From contig JBHLKM010000001.1 of the NCBI GenBank assembly GCA_048886685.1, forward strand, positions 1-64,000: DNA of 64,000 bases. Direction: 5' to 3'. Positions within the stretch are counted from its first letter, which is position 1, and every line of letters starts with the position of its first letter. The translations under genes and the position numbers were made by a program. Shown here one piece after another: positions 28,568 through 38,868 of this stretch. The notes beneath the pieces are model-generated. The model was given only the letters and a program-made list of their open reading frames with translations, was not told the origin of the DNA and did no database searches. Source of the stretch: Candidatus Hodarchaeota archaeon. Lineage in GTDB: Archaea > Asgardarchaeota > Lokiarchaeia > Sigyniarchaeales > SOKP01.

Positions 28568-29587
28568 ATGGAGAAAATTATTGTGTTGGGGGGAAAGGGG
28601 GGTGTTGGTAAAAGCACGATTAGCGCTGCTACTGCTGTAAAATTATCAGATCTCCTTCCAGATAAAAAAATATTACTAATATCTTTTGATATGGCACATA
28701 ATCTTACAGACTTATTTAATTCTGAAATTGGAAATAAATTAACGCCTTTATCAGACAATTTATGGGCAATTGAACCTGACCCTAATATTAATGCCGAGAA
28801 ATATACAAATAATTTAATATCAAAGATGAAGGCTTTAATGAAAGAAATGCCAATTATAGGGTTAATTCCAAAATTAGAGAATTTTATGGACACTACATTT
28901 ACAGCAGATTCAATCCCACTTGCACTCAAAAATGCGATGTTTTTTCAAGAAATTCTAGATGCTGAAGGTGAAGAATCTAGGCAATTTGATATCATTGTAG
29001 CTGATTTTCCTCCAACTGGAAATATGGTTGCATTGTTTGAAATTCCAGAGGATCAAATTAAAGTAGTGTTAAAATATTCACTGAATTTTTATAATTCTAT
29101 TAAAGAAGCTATTAAAAATTTTTCTAAAATGTTTAGAAAATTAATTAAGCCATTTGATGATTATGAGAAAAGGAAAGAATTAGGAAAAGAGATTTTTCAA
29201 ATGTTAGTAGAGCTTGAAAAAAGAGGAGAAAGAATAACTGAACTAATACATTCTATTGGATCATTAAGACTTGTTTCTATTGCAGAAAAACCAAGTTTTG
29301 AAGAAATTAAGAGAGCTAGAGACTTGACTAAGAAATATATTAAACTGGAAGGTGTCCATATTAATATGATAACACCTCAATCAAAAAAATGTGATTTTTG
29401 TAATAATATTCGATCAATTCAACTTAATTACGTTGAAGAAATAAGAAATGAATTTAGTAATCTAAAGATATGGGAATCAAATAGGCTTGAAAAAGAACCT
29501 TTTGAGTTTAATGGGCTTAAAGAATTAGCTCATGAAGTTTATGGGGAAGATATCAATGCTGATGATATTCTAAATCCTATAGGTTAA
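28568..29587 (+). CDS. ArsA/Get3-family ATPase
   Basis: GGKGGVGKST, SFDMAHNL, DFPPTG and a CDFC motif. Confidence 0.88.
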   Translation: MEKIIVLGGKGGVGKSTISAATAVKLSDLLPDKKILLISFDMAHNLTDLFNSEIGNKLTPLSDNLWAIEPDPNINAEKYTNNLISKMKALMKEMPIIGLIPKLENFMDTTFTADSIPLALKNAMFFQEILDAEGEESRQFDIIVADFPPTGNMVALFEIPEDQIKVVLKYSLNFYNSIKEAIKNFSKMFRKLIKPFDDYEKRKELGKEIFQMLVELEKRGERITELIHSIGSLRLVSIAEKPSFEEIKRARDLTKKYIKLEGVHINMITPQSKKCDFCNNIRSIQLNYVEEIRNEFSNLKIWESNRLEKEPFEFNGLKELAHEVYGEDINADDILNPIG

Positions 29588-29638
29588 ATTAAAAAAAGAA
29601 AAAATTAAAGAATATAAAATAAATTCTCTCAATATTTT

Positions 29639-30907
29639 TTATGTTCCTTCGGAATATCCGTGTATATAATTGAATTGCTCTTCCGTTAAAGTATCTATCT
29701 CAATACCCATTGATTCTAATTTTAGAAATCCTACTTGATCGTCAATATCAACAGGAACATTAATTATACCAGGATCTAACTTATTTCTGTTTTTAACTAT
29801 AAATTCAGACATTAGTGATTGTAAACCAAAAGACATGTCCATTACTTCACTAGGGTGCCCTTCTGATAAGACTAAATTAGCTAAGCGTCCTTTTGCTAAT
29901 AGATAAACTTTTTTACCATCGGGGAACGTAAGTTCTTCTACATGATTTCTTATGGGTTTAATTTCTTGAGCATATTCGTAAAGCTCTTTTGTAGGAATTT
30001 CGATATCGAAATGCCCTAAATTACCTAAAATAACCTTATCTTTAAGTAAATTAAACATTTCTTTAGTTGGGGCTATAACATGTTTACATCCTGTAGCTGT
30101 CAAAATAATATCTGCGGTTGGAAGTGCTTTAGTGATTGGCATTACATTAAATCCAGCAAATTTAGCTTGTAAGGCTTTTATTGGATCAACTTCGGTTACT
30201 GTAACATTTGCACCCAATCCTCGTGCTCTAAGTGCCATCCCATTACTACAATGACCGTACCCCGCAATTACAACGTTCTTACCTGCAAAAAGAACATGCA
30301 TCCCATAAATTGCAGATACAATTCCCTGTCCTGTACCTAATTCATTATCAAATTGATTTTTACATCGAGCATCATTAACTGAGAATAGAGGTACCTTTAA
30401 AACTCCATTTTTTTCCATAGCTTTGAATCTCTTAACTCCTGTCGTGGTTTCTTCCTGGCATGCAATAATAGTACCTGAATTTATTAGTTCTTCATATTCC
30501 TGATGAGCTGTTACAATCATATCAGCACCATCATCAATTAAGATATTAGGGTTGGCATTTAAGCACTGTCTAATACACCAATAGAATTCTTCGTCTGTAT
30601 TGCCGTACCAAGCAAATACGTTGATTCCCTCTTGTACTAATGCTGCTGCTACATCATCTTGAGTTGATAATGGATTACTACCGCACAGATACACTTCTGC
30701 ACCTCCCACTTTAAGGGTTCTAGCAAGAATACCAGTTTCTTTAGTTACATGTAAGCAGCCTGCTATTATTATACCATCTAATGGTTTTTCTTTTTGAAAT
30801 CTTTCACGAATTACTTTAGCTGTGACCGGCATTTTACTTTCTGCAATATATAGTGCTTCCTTTCCTTTTTCTGCTAAACTTTCATCTGCCACTTTATAAT
30901 TAATCAT
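29639..30907 (-). CDS. ahcY: Adenosylhomocysteinase
   Basis: CLHVTKET, SNPLSTQDD, EETTTG and GHPSEVMDMSF. Confidence 0.95.
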   Translation of the reverse strand: MINYKVADESLAEKGKEALYIAESKMPVTAKVIRERFQKEKPLDGIIIAGCLHVTKETGILARTLKVGGAEVYLCGSNPLSTQDDVAAALVQEGINVFAWYGNTDEEFYWCIRQCLNANPNILIDDGADMIVTAHQEYEELINSGTIIACQEETTTGVKRFKAMEKNGVLKVPLFSVNDARCKNQFDNELGTGQGIVSAIYGMHVLFAGKNVVIAGYGHCSNGMALRARGLGANVTVTEVDPIKALQAKFAGFNVMPITKALPTADIILTATGCKHVIAPTKEMFNLLKDKVILGNLGHFDIEIPTKELYEYAQEIKPIRNHVEELTFPDGKKVYLLAKGRLANLVLSEGHPSEVMDMSFGLQSLMSEFIVKNRNKLDPGIINVPVDIDDQVGFLKLESMGIEIDTLTEEQFNYIHGYSEGT

Positions 30908-31026
30908 TAAATATCACTTCTATTTTTATAAGAATAATAATTTTAATTAATTAATAAAACTATTTTTGGTCAAGTGCAAATATTTATATTTATAACCTTA
31001 CATTTAATTAATATTGGTTAATAAAT

Positions 31027-32001
31027 TTGCAAAATTGTGCTTTTATGAGTTATATTAATGATCAAGTAGAAGCCCAACGTTTCATAAAAAATTTAAGTGG
31101 AAAAACCAAATTTATTGTTTCAAGAAATTCACAGGCTATAGGACTTTCCAGACAAACATATCAAAACAAACTTGATGGTATGAGAGATCAAAAAATAATT
31201 ACAAATTTTACAATAAATATTAATCCAAATATTCGTCCACATAACTTGAAATATGTAATGATTGAAATTAAAACCAACCCAAAAGAACCTGAATTGGTCA
31301 AAAACCTGCTAAAAATCCCCCAGTTAATAATGTTGGATGGGATAATTGGAGATTTTTCACTATTTGCCTTATTTATCTTTAAATCCCCCGAAGAATATTA
31401 TCAGATATTAAATACAATTGATAATATAATGGCTAAATCATATTTTAAGAAATATCAGATTATTGAAACTATTAAGGTGTTTAAAACAAATGGCATTAGT
31501 CTAAAGAAATCAGAAACATCTTTTGAACTAGATGATGTTGATCATGCAATTCTGAGTATACTACGAGTTGGTCAAGGAAATAAACCAATTTCTACATATG
31601 ACATAAGGAGGATTTTTAAAGAACAACTTGAAATGGAAATTTCACAATCAACTATTCATAATAGAATTAAAAAGCTTGAAAGAGAAGGTGTAATTTTGAA
31701 TTATATTGTAAATTTTAATCCAAAAAAAATTGGTTTTAAAGGAAAATATCTGCTTCGAATTAAACCAAAAGATCCATCAAAATACAACGAACTTGCCCTT
31801 AAGTTGGATATGAATAGAAATATTACTGATTTATTTCGAATAGGTGAACAATATGGGCTATTTGCTATAGTGAGAGTAAAAGAGATTGAAGACTACGCCA
31901 ATTTTATTAGAGAATTATATATTTCGGAAGAAATAGAAGACACATATACGAATTTTGTGTTAGATGAGTTAATAACTTTTACAAATTTTATGATTTCATA
32001 A
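31027..32001 (+). CDS. Tandem Lrp/AsnC transcriptional regulator
   Basis: Two HTH+RAM units (LDDVDHAIL...SQSTIHNRIKKLEREGVI). Confidence 0.85.
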   Translation: MQNCAFMSYINDQVEAQRFIKNLSGKTKFIVSRNSQAIGLSRQTYQNKLDGMRDQKIITNFTININPNIRPHNLKYVMIEIKTNPKEPELVKNLLKIPQLIMLDGIIGDFSLFALFIFKSPEEYYQILNTIDNIMAKSYFKKYQIIETIKVFKTNGISLKKSETSFELDDVDHAILSILRVGQGNKPISTYDIRRIFKEQLEMEISQSTIHNRIKKLEREGVILNYIVNFNPKKIGFKGKYLLRIKPKDPSKYNELALKLDMNRNITDLFRIGEQYGLFAIVRVKEIEDYANFIRELYISEEIEDTYTNFVLDELITFTNFMIS

Positions 32002-32130
32002 TAAAATAGAGCTAATATTATGGTATATTTAAGTTTCTCTCCAAATTCGTATTTACTAAATTCTTAATAATTTTGGGTAATTAGAGAACTTAAAGTGAAT
32101 GAATTTAATTCAATAAACTAATCCTTCTTA

Positions 32131-34221
32131 TTGAAAAGAATGCGTAATTTTTTTGAATTGTTAGAAAATAGAATTGGTTTTTCTAGAATAGGTCGGATGA
32201 ATTTATCTAAAGAGAAGAAGCTATACATAAGAACACCAAATGTTACTATCCCAATTAAAAATGTTTTAATGAAACAATTTAGTTTTATACAGGAATTTGA
32301 AGATCATGAACTATTTATTATTTCTAAAGAGATCTTCTTAAAAATCGGATTTCTAAGAGAAAAATTTAAAGATACTGGTTTCGTTTTTTCACACCCAGGA
32401 ACTTTGGAAAAATTTGAAGATATTTTACAAAAGAATTTAGAAATTTTCATAGAAGATAATATCCTATCAATTGTTCCCTTCAATATTCCCACTACCACGA
32501 TAGGTAAGGATTTTGCGAAGAAAGAGATTAATAATTACCTCAATAATGTCACCAGAATATTGGAAAGCCATCCCAACATTAATTTTGGACTGTCAATAAG
32601 ACTATTTGATTATTCAGAATTAATAGATTTGTATTTCCCTATAATTGAAGGAAACGAAAATATAAAAATCCTAAATCTCGTTGGAATTTTTGATAATTTT
32701 GGCAATTTTAGGAATATTATTAACACGATTATAAAAATAAAAAACAATTTAGATAATAATCTTGTTATAATGGCCTCTGGTAGGATAATTCCAAAATTTT
32801 ACCCCATATTGGTTTATTTAGGAGTAGATCTAATTGATTCTACCTATTTGTTATATTTATCGGCGGAAAATTTCTATGATACGATAGAATATTTACTCCC
32901 CATTTATAAAGTTAAGTATTTACCTTGTTCTTGTGTAGCTTGTAAAGGAAATTTAAAAAAATTATATGAGGTGAAACACTCACCAGAAAAAATCGACTTA
33001 ATTTGCTTACATAACCTAATAACTGCAAATAATTATATGATGAAAATAAAACAATATCTTCAACATGAGGATTACCGTGCTTTTGTTGAAAAATCATCTC
33101 TTGACGCTACAACAATAATTTCTACCTTAAAAATCTTAGATAAAGAATTTTTTAACCTTATTAGATATGAGACTCCAATTACTCAAAAAGACAAGAAAAT
33201 TAAATGTTTTGGTCCTATTTCGTATAATCGTCCTGATTTTAGAGAATTCAGAGAAAGAGTTATAAATAATTTTGAACCAGAAGCCTGGACTACGTTAATC
33301 GTTTTACTTCCGTGCTCTGCGAAAAAGCCTTATTCTAGCTCTAAATCACATAAACTGTTCTATAGAGCAATCAGAAAATTCTCCGAATTTCCAAATTTTC
33401 AAGAAATAATTATAACTTCACCTCTTGGGGCAATTCCTAGACAGTTAGAAAATGTTTATCCGGTAAACTCGTATGATATTTCTGTTACCGGTGAATGGGA
33501 CAGTGAAGAAATACAAATCACTTCAGATATGCTTACAAACCTCTTGAAAAAATATAATCAATCGATCCCCATTATTTGTCATCTTGAAAGAGAGTACTAT
33601 AAAATTGTCAAAAAGGTTGAATCTAATTTACCTTATACCTTCTTTTTTTCAGATATTAAAGGTAAACCTACTTCAAAAGAATCTCTTGAGTCGCTTGAAA
33701 AATTAATTCATAAGCATAAGAATGATTTTATACCAGAAAAAAGGTTATTTAAAGGTGATTATTTACTAAAAACTTGGATACGAAAATTTAACAAAATTTT
33801 GGATTATCAATTCGGCATCGGAACAGGAGAGAAAGTAGTTACTGTTGATTTACAATTACGAAAAATTAAATCCTATTTTCAAATTGAATTAATAGATTAT
33901 AAGACGAAAGTAAAATTAGGAACATTTGACGCTGTAACAGGACAAATAAGTTTAACTATTACAGGTATGAATAAATTAGCTCAAAAACCATTTCCTATAC
34001 AATCAAATATTATAATTTTTGATGGTCAAGGTATTCAAGGAAATACCTTATTTCGAATAGGTGTTTTAGATTATAGTTTAAATCTAATCCCTAATAATCA
34101 CGTAATTATCATTGATAAAGAAAAAAGTAATATAATTGCAGTTGGAAGACTAATTGTTGGAACAAACTATATTAAAAATTCTAAAACTGGAAGAATAGTT
34201 GAAATTTATGAAAAAAATTAG
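32131..34221 (+). CDS. arcS: Archaeosine synthase subunit alpha (ArcS/TgtA2)
   Basis: TGT-like N-terminus (CSCVAC...HN), VLLPCSAKKPYSSSKSH, TSPLGAIPRQLE and a C-terminal PUA-like domain. Confidence 0.88.
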   Translation: MKRMRNFFELLENRIGFSRIGRMNLSKEKKLYIRTPNVTIPIKNVLMKQFSFIQEFEDHELFIISKEIFLKIGFLREKFKDTGFVFSHPGTLEKFEDILQKNLEIFIEDNILSIVPFNIPTTTIGKDFAKKEINNYLNNVTRILESHPNINFGLSIRLFDYSELIDLYFPIIEGNENIKILNLVGIFDNFGNFRNIINTIIKIKNNLDNNLVIMASGRIIPKFYPILVYLGVDLIDSTYLLYLSAENFYDTIEYLLPIYKVKYLPCSCVACKGNLKKLYEVKHSPEKIDLICLHNLITANNYMMKIKQYLQHEDYRAFVEKSSLDATTIISTLKILDKEFFNLIRYETPITQKDKKIKCFGPISYNRPDFREFRERVINNFEPEAWTTLIVLLPCSAKKPYSSSKSHKLFYRAIRKFSEFPNFQEIIITSPLGAIPRQLENVYPVNSYDISVTGEWDSEEIQITSDMLTNLLKKYNQSIPIICHLEREYYKIVKKVESNLPYTFFFSDIKGKPTSKESLESLEKLIHKHKNDFIPEKRLFKGDYLLKTWIRKFNKILDYQFGIGTGEKVVTVDLQLRKIKSYFQIELIDYKTKVKLGTFDAVTGQISLTITGMNKLAQKPFPIQSNIIIFDGQGIQGNTLFRIGVLDYSLNLIPNNHVIIIDKEKSNIIAVGRLIVGTNYIKNSKTGRIVEIYEKN

Positions 34222-35308
34222 CATTCCTATTGAACTTGATTCACACTTTATAGAGAGAATAAAATCTATAAGGCAAAATTCTTTAAATAAAAGAAAAAGT
34301 AGGAGTACATTACAATTAGAACGCCCTATTAGTTTTTGGATAAAAAAAGACAGGCTGTTTAATGAAATAGGAAAGGAATTTACCATTATTCTAGGGACAA
34401 AAGGATGTAGTTGGTCATTAGGTGAATCTGGTGGATGTAGTATGTGTGGATATATACAAGATACGATTATTGAAGATATTAATCAAAACCAAATTATAAC
34501 ACAATTTGATTATGCATTTAATAAGAAAATTGGAGAAATTATAAATGATAATAAGAATTATATCATAAAAATATTTAATTCTGGAAGTTTTTTTGATGAT
34601 AACGAGATATCTGATAAAGTTAGAAGTCATATATATGAAAAAGTTGCTGACATTGATAATTTAAAAGAGTTTGTTATAGAGAGTCGAATAGAATATATAA
34701 ATTCTGAAAAATTGAAAAATTTAAAAGAGAGTCTTAAAGAAAAACAGATTGAGATTGCTATAGGCCTCGAAACTGTAAACGATTATATCAGGAACCATTA
34801 TATCAATAAAGGGATGTTATTTAATGATTTTAAAAATATATTGAAAAAATGTAAAGAAAATAATATTGGTGTGAAGACTTATCTATTGTTGAAACCACCC
34901 TTTCTAAATGAGCAAGGAGCAATTGATGATTGTATTAACTCTATTACTAACTTAATAAAAATAAAAGTGAACACAATATCAATTAATCCAGTAAACATTC
35001 AAAAAGGAACTCTAGCAGAATATCTATATCTGCAAAATAGATACAGACCTCCATGGTATTATTCACTTTTCAAAGTCTTAAAAAAATCTATAGATCGAGA
35101 AGATTTAAATCGTATAAGAATATTATCGGATCCATCGGGAGCAGGAACTAAAAGAGGGATTCATAACTGTTTAAAAAGTGAATGTGAAACCTCTGCTAAA
35201 AAAACACTTAGAAATTTTGTACTTTCTCAAGATTTAACTACTTTAGAGCATTCGGAATTCGAATGTGAATGCAAAAAACAATACCAATTTGAGAAGCAAT
35301 TTCACTAA
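34199..35308 (+). CDS. Archaeosine biosynthesis radical SAM protein RaSEA
   Basis: TKGCSW...GGCSMCGY, FNSGSFFD, IESR and YRPPW; adjacent to arcS. Confidence 0.9.
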   Translation: MKFMKKISIPIELDSHFIERIKSIRQNSLNKRKSRSTLQLERPISFWIKKDRLFNEIGKEFTIILGTKGCSWSLGESGGCSMCGYIQDTIIEDINQNQIITQFDYAFNKKIGEIINDNKNYIIKIFNSGSFFDDNEISDKVRSHIYEKVADIDNLKEFVIESRIEYINSEKLKNLKESLKEKQIEIAIGLETVNDYIRNHYINKGMLFNDFKNILKKCKENNIGVKTYLLLKPPFLNEQGAIDDCINSITNLIKIKVNTISINPVNIQKGTLAEYLYLQNRYRPPWYYSLFKVLKKSIDREDLNRIRILSDPSGAGTKRGIHNCLKSECETSAKKTLRNFVLSQDLTTLEHSEFECECKKQYQFEKQFH

Positions 35309-35546
35309 ATTACATTAATGATTGTAAAAAGCTCGATTTTAAGATATTACACAATTCTTTTTGATTTAATTAAGATTAATTTATTATTTGTTTAAAAAGT
35401 TCATTCTAAATTAAGGGTACTTTGATTTGAGAAGACTATTAAATTCTTTAATGTCTTAATTGCCATTTTTGTAAGAAAAACCATTATGTTTAAATATTAA
35501 CCACCATCTTTTATTTTAATTTTCAACCCCCAAGTAAGGGAATCTC

Positions 35547-35798
35547 TTGAAAAAAAACTGGGTTAAATTAAATCTATTCTACATTGGAAAATCGAAAAAA
35601 CATCAAATTTTTCGAGCAAAACAATGGAATAGAAACTTAGAAAAAATACTTAAACAACCAGTTTATAATGAAAAATATGAAAAAATCGGTCATATTAAGG
35701 ATATATTTGGTCCAATTACCTTGCCTTTCATTTCAATCAAAACCTTACCTAACCAATTATTTGATCCCAATGTAAAGGTGTATACTAAACTAGCCTAG
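35547..35798 (+). CDS. gar1: H/ACA RNP protein Gar1-like
   Basis: VYNEKYEKIGHIKDIFGPITLPFISIK; the gar1-tfb linkage is conserved in archaea. Confidence 0.8.
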   Translation: MKKNWVKLNLFYIGKSKKHQIFRAKQWNRNLEKILKQPVYNEKYEKIGHIKDIFGPITLPFISIKTLPNQLFDPNVKVYTKLA

Positions 35799-35869
35799 TT
35801 CTCAAAAAAGTTTTTTGAAATAAAAGAATAATGTTAAAGAAGGTGTAATTTATTTCAAGTTGGAGAGAA

Positions 35870-36820
35870 TTGAAACCAGAATCAGATGAAATATTGAGTA
35901 TGCAGACTAATCTGTGTACAGAATGCGGGAACACTATATTCTTCGATGAAAACAGAGGTCTATTAGTTTGTGAAGAATGTGGTTTAGTCCATTCTGAGAA
36001 ACATATTGATAGGGGTCCGGAATGGAGGGCTTTTGATGCAGATCAAAAAAAGAAGAGAACCAGAACTGGAGCACCTATGACATATATGATACACGACAAA
36101 GGTCTTAGCACTATGATAGACTGGAAAAATAGAGATATTTTTGGTAAGGAAATACCTGCTAAATTGAGAGGTCAAATATATAGACTTCGAAAGTGGCAAA
36201 GTCGTATTAGAGTCTCTGATGCTACTGAGAGAAACCTTACATTTGCACTAAGTGAACTTGATAGAATGGCTTCAAACTTAGATCTTCAAAAAAATTTGAG
36301 AGAATGTGCGGCAAAAGTTTATCGCGATGCTGTTGAGGCTCATCTTATTCGTGGTAGAAGTATTGAAGGTGTAGCTGCTGCTAGTTTATATGCTGCATGT
36401 AGAATGTTTAAAGTACCACGTACTTTAAACGAGATTGCAGAAGTTGCTCGAGTAGATAAAAAGGAGATAAGTAGATCCTTTCGATTTATTTCTAATGAGT
36501 TAGAGTTGAACTTAAATCCAACCAAACCAATTGATTTTCTTACTAGGTTCATTTCTGAATTAGAACTAACCACTAACTGCCATAAAATGGCAAAAGCAAT
36601 TATTAGAATGGCAGAGAGACGAGGATTAACTTCGGGAAGAGGGCCTACAGGAGTATGTGCAGCTGCTATTTATGCTTCAAGTATTATAACAAACGAACGT
36701 AGAACTCAGAGAAGTATTGCTCGAGTTAGTTGCGTGACTGAAGTTACCGTCCGAAATCGCTTTAGCGAACTTGTTGAGAATCTAAATCTTGGCATATCTT
36801 TAAAGAGGAATCATAAATAA
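35870..36820 (+). CDS. tfb: Transcription initiation factor IIB
   Basis: Zn ribbon CTECG...CEECG, GPEWRAF, cyclin repeats and VTEVTVRNR. Confidence 0.98.
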   Translation: MKPESDEILSMQTNLCTECGNTIFFDENRGLLVCEECGLVHSEKHIDRGPEWRAFDADQKKKRTRTGAPMTYMIHDKGLSTMIDWKNRDIFGKEIPAKLRGQIYRLRKWQSRIRVSDATERNLTFALSELDRMASNLDLQKNLRECAAKVYRDAVEAHLIRGRSIEGVAAASLYAACRMFKVPRTLNEIAEVARVDKKEISRSFRFISNELELNLNPTKPIDFLTRFISELELTTNCHKMAKAIIRMAERRGLTSGRGPTGVCAAAIYASSIITNERRTQRSIARVSCVTEVTVRNRFSELVENLNLGISLKRNHK

Positions 36821-37000
36821 AAGCTAATATAAAATAGGATAAAAAGGGAAGGCTCAGTTTAAAGCAATGTTTTAATTTCTTTTTTTCATATTCATTTTGA
36901 ATCTTAAAGGTAACATCTTCATATTATAACATTTAATGTTCTACTATTTTCATAATTATCTTAACGATTTGATAAAATTGATAGGTTAGGTGTTATAAAA

Positions 37001-37336
37001 TTGGGTAATATATTAAATCAGGATGAAGTTAATTACTTCTTATATAGAGTGGAAAAAAATTTCCCTAATTTTGTAGCAGGAATTATCACTGATAAACATG
37101 GATTCTCAATCGGTTCGAAAATATCAAAAAAATTATGGGTACTGGAAAACACTTTGGCACTATCAGCAATCACAAGAAAAAGTGACTTTATAGAAGATTC
37201 AAAATTAATCCAAATAAAGCGTGATTTAGATAAGGATAAAAACTATAAGTTATTGGTTTTACTCGAGAAATCAAGAGATTACAAAAGTCGTTTAAAGCCA
37301 CTGAAAAATCTAATTAAAGCACAAGACCTTTTCTAG
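37001..37336 (+). CDS. Hypothetical protein, roadblock-like N-terminus
   Basis: FVAGIITDKHGFSIGS pattern. Confidence 0.5.
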   Translation: MGNILNQDEVNYFLYRVEKNFPNFVAGIITDKHGFSIGSKISKKLWVLENTLALSAITRKSDFIEDSKLIQIKRDLDKDKNYKLLVLLEKSRDYKSRLKPLKNLIKAQDLF

Positions 37337-37545
37337 AGTTTTAAAATAAAAGAAATTAAGAAAAACTGTTTTTTATTGCGAGCAGTAGAAAAACCATTAG
37401 TTTACTTAAATTTTTATACAATTAATTTCTTCTAATACTAAAATAGGTATGAGCTAAAAATATAAAGTTAAGTTTAAATAGCTATTTTTATAAATTAAAA
37501 GCGACCGTTAATTAAAGATATAATAGTTTATAGGTTGACTGATGT

Positions 37546-38016
37546 TTGAGTTATTCTGAAGATGAGATTAAATTAAAGAGAATGCTTAGTACTATTATAA
37601 ATAGTACTCCTGGATTGAAGTATGCTATCTTAACTGATGACACTGGAATAACTATTATGAGTCAATCAAAATTTACTTTTTCTGAGAAAGATAAAATTTC
37701 AGTAGAGAAAATTGGTGCGATAGGGGGAGCAGTTTTTATTGCTGGTGAGGAACAGGGTCATATCCTTGGATATGGAAACATATCATTACAAATTACTGAA
37801 TATTTCGAAGGAATGATATTCTCAATGAAAGTTGGTAAAGGAGTATTATGTATAAGTACGGATAAGAGAGTTCAAATTGGATTTATTATTGCTACGATGA
37901 AAAAATGGGCTCCAAAAATCACAATGGTCTTAAATCGATATTTACAAGATGACCAAGAAGAAATGAGTAAAGAAATTAAAGATTTATTTAGATCTGATAT
38001 TGTTGGGCCATTATAA
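37546..38016 (+). CDS. Roadblock/LC7 domain protein
   Basis: PGLKYAILTDDTGITI, IGAIGGAVF and VQIGFI. Confidence 0.8.
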   Translation: MSYSEDEIKLKRMLSTIINSTPGLKYAILTDDTGITIMSQSKFTFSEKDKISVEKIGAIGGAVFIAGEEQGHILGYGNISLQITEYFEGMIFSMKVGKGVLCISTDKRVQIGFIIATMKKWAPKITMVLNRYLQDDQEEMSKEIKDLFRSDIVGPL

Positions 38017-38049
38017 CTATACAATCTAATAAATTTATGGTGAATTGTC

Positions 38050-38544
38050 ATCCATTTAGTATTAACTTACTTTAATCAGATATTAGGTCCGAGTGTGTTA
38101 TTGTCATATCCAGATAAAATGCTAGAAGAAGCCCTAATAGAGAAATTAAAGAAGTTTTTTGATTTAGAAATAGATGAAACCTTTTTTGAAATCGTCCTCA
38201 TTACAAAGAAAAAGAAAATCATCAATTTCCATTTTGAAGTTCCTTCTGAGTGGGCGCGCGGGAAAAAGGAAGATGCTATGCTCTCCCTAATAGTAAAGAA
38301 AGAGTATGAAAGTTCACAATTTTACGCCTTTCTTGTTGATTCCTCTTATAAAATCCTTAAAACTGAAAGAGTATACAAAGCTTTTTATAAAGACGATGAA
38401 TTTTATGATAACGACATTGAAATTGATATGACGTATGAAATAATAAGAAAAATTCTTTTTAATTGTGTGTCAAGTCTAATTATGCGAATTGAAGATAAAA
38501 TTAAAGGAATAGATAAGAAAGAACCATTTCCTTTCTCTTCGTAA
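38050..38544 (+). CDS. uDENN/longin-like domain protein (probable ATC start; ORF track starts at 38095)
   Basis: Extension gives IHLVLTYFNQILGPSVLLSYP (FxxxxGP...P motif) and FEVPSEWARG. GGTGA lies 6 nt upstream and there is an in-frame TGA at 38041. Confidence 0.6.
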   Translation: MHLVLTYFNQILGPSVLLSYPDKMLEEALIEKLKKFFDLEIDETFFEIVLITKKKKIINFHFEVPSEWARGKKEDAMLSLIVKKEYESSQFYAFLVDSSYKILKTERVYKAFYKDDEFYDNDIEIDMTYEIIRKILFNCVSSLIMRIEDKIKGIDKKEPFPFSS

Positions 38545-38552
38545 TAAAAATC

Positions 38553-38560
38553 TTTATAAC
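38553..38560 (+). promoter_or_regulatory. Putative TATA box for the candidate ncRNA
   Basis: A-rich BRE-like run, then TTTATAAC, about 25 nt upstream of the GC-richer structured block. Confidence 0.45.
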
Positions 38561-38581
38561 TTTATTTTCCTATTATAATAA

Positions 38582-38820
38582 TGGGAGAACGATGATGGAA
38601 TAAACCGCGTGTTCGAGGACTCATACGACTAAAAAATGAATATGCAGTGCAAAGTGACGCGAAAATTCGGAGTTAATTAGTCAATTATAATCCTGTACAA
38701 GGCGGCTCTAAGTTTAGCAAAGGTGGATACCAAAGCGATGAACCTTGAGTCAGTACGCAGGAGACATGATTATGTTCCCAAAAGTGCATAGAGAATATTG
38801 CCTAGCACGAGAGAACATAT
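38582..38820 (+). ncRNA. Candidate structured ncRNA (~200-240 nt), family unassigned
   Basis: GC-enriched intergenic block with nested helices: TGGGA/TCCCA termini, GCGTGTT/AGTACGC, GACTCA/TGAGTC, internal hairpins and a 3' hairpin ending in ACA-NNN. Confidence 0.6.
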
Positions 38821-38868
38821 TTGATTTTAAAGGTATTTCCTTAAAATGAGAATATAGAGTTAGTGTTT

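Noticed and set aside
38582-38820. RNase P RNA, SRP RNA or cobalamin riboswitch
   Set aside because: There is no GAGGAAAGUCC-type P4 pairing, no SRP helix-8 motif and no B12 box. The element is also at the 3' end of cbiO rather than in a leader.
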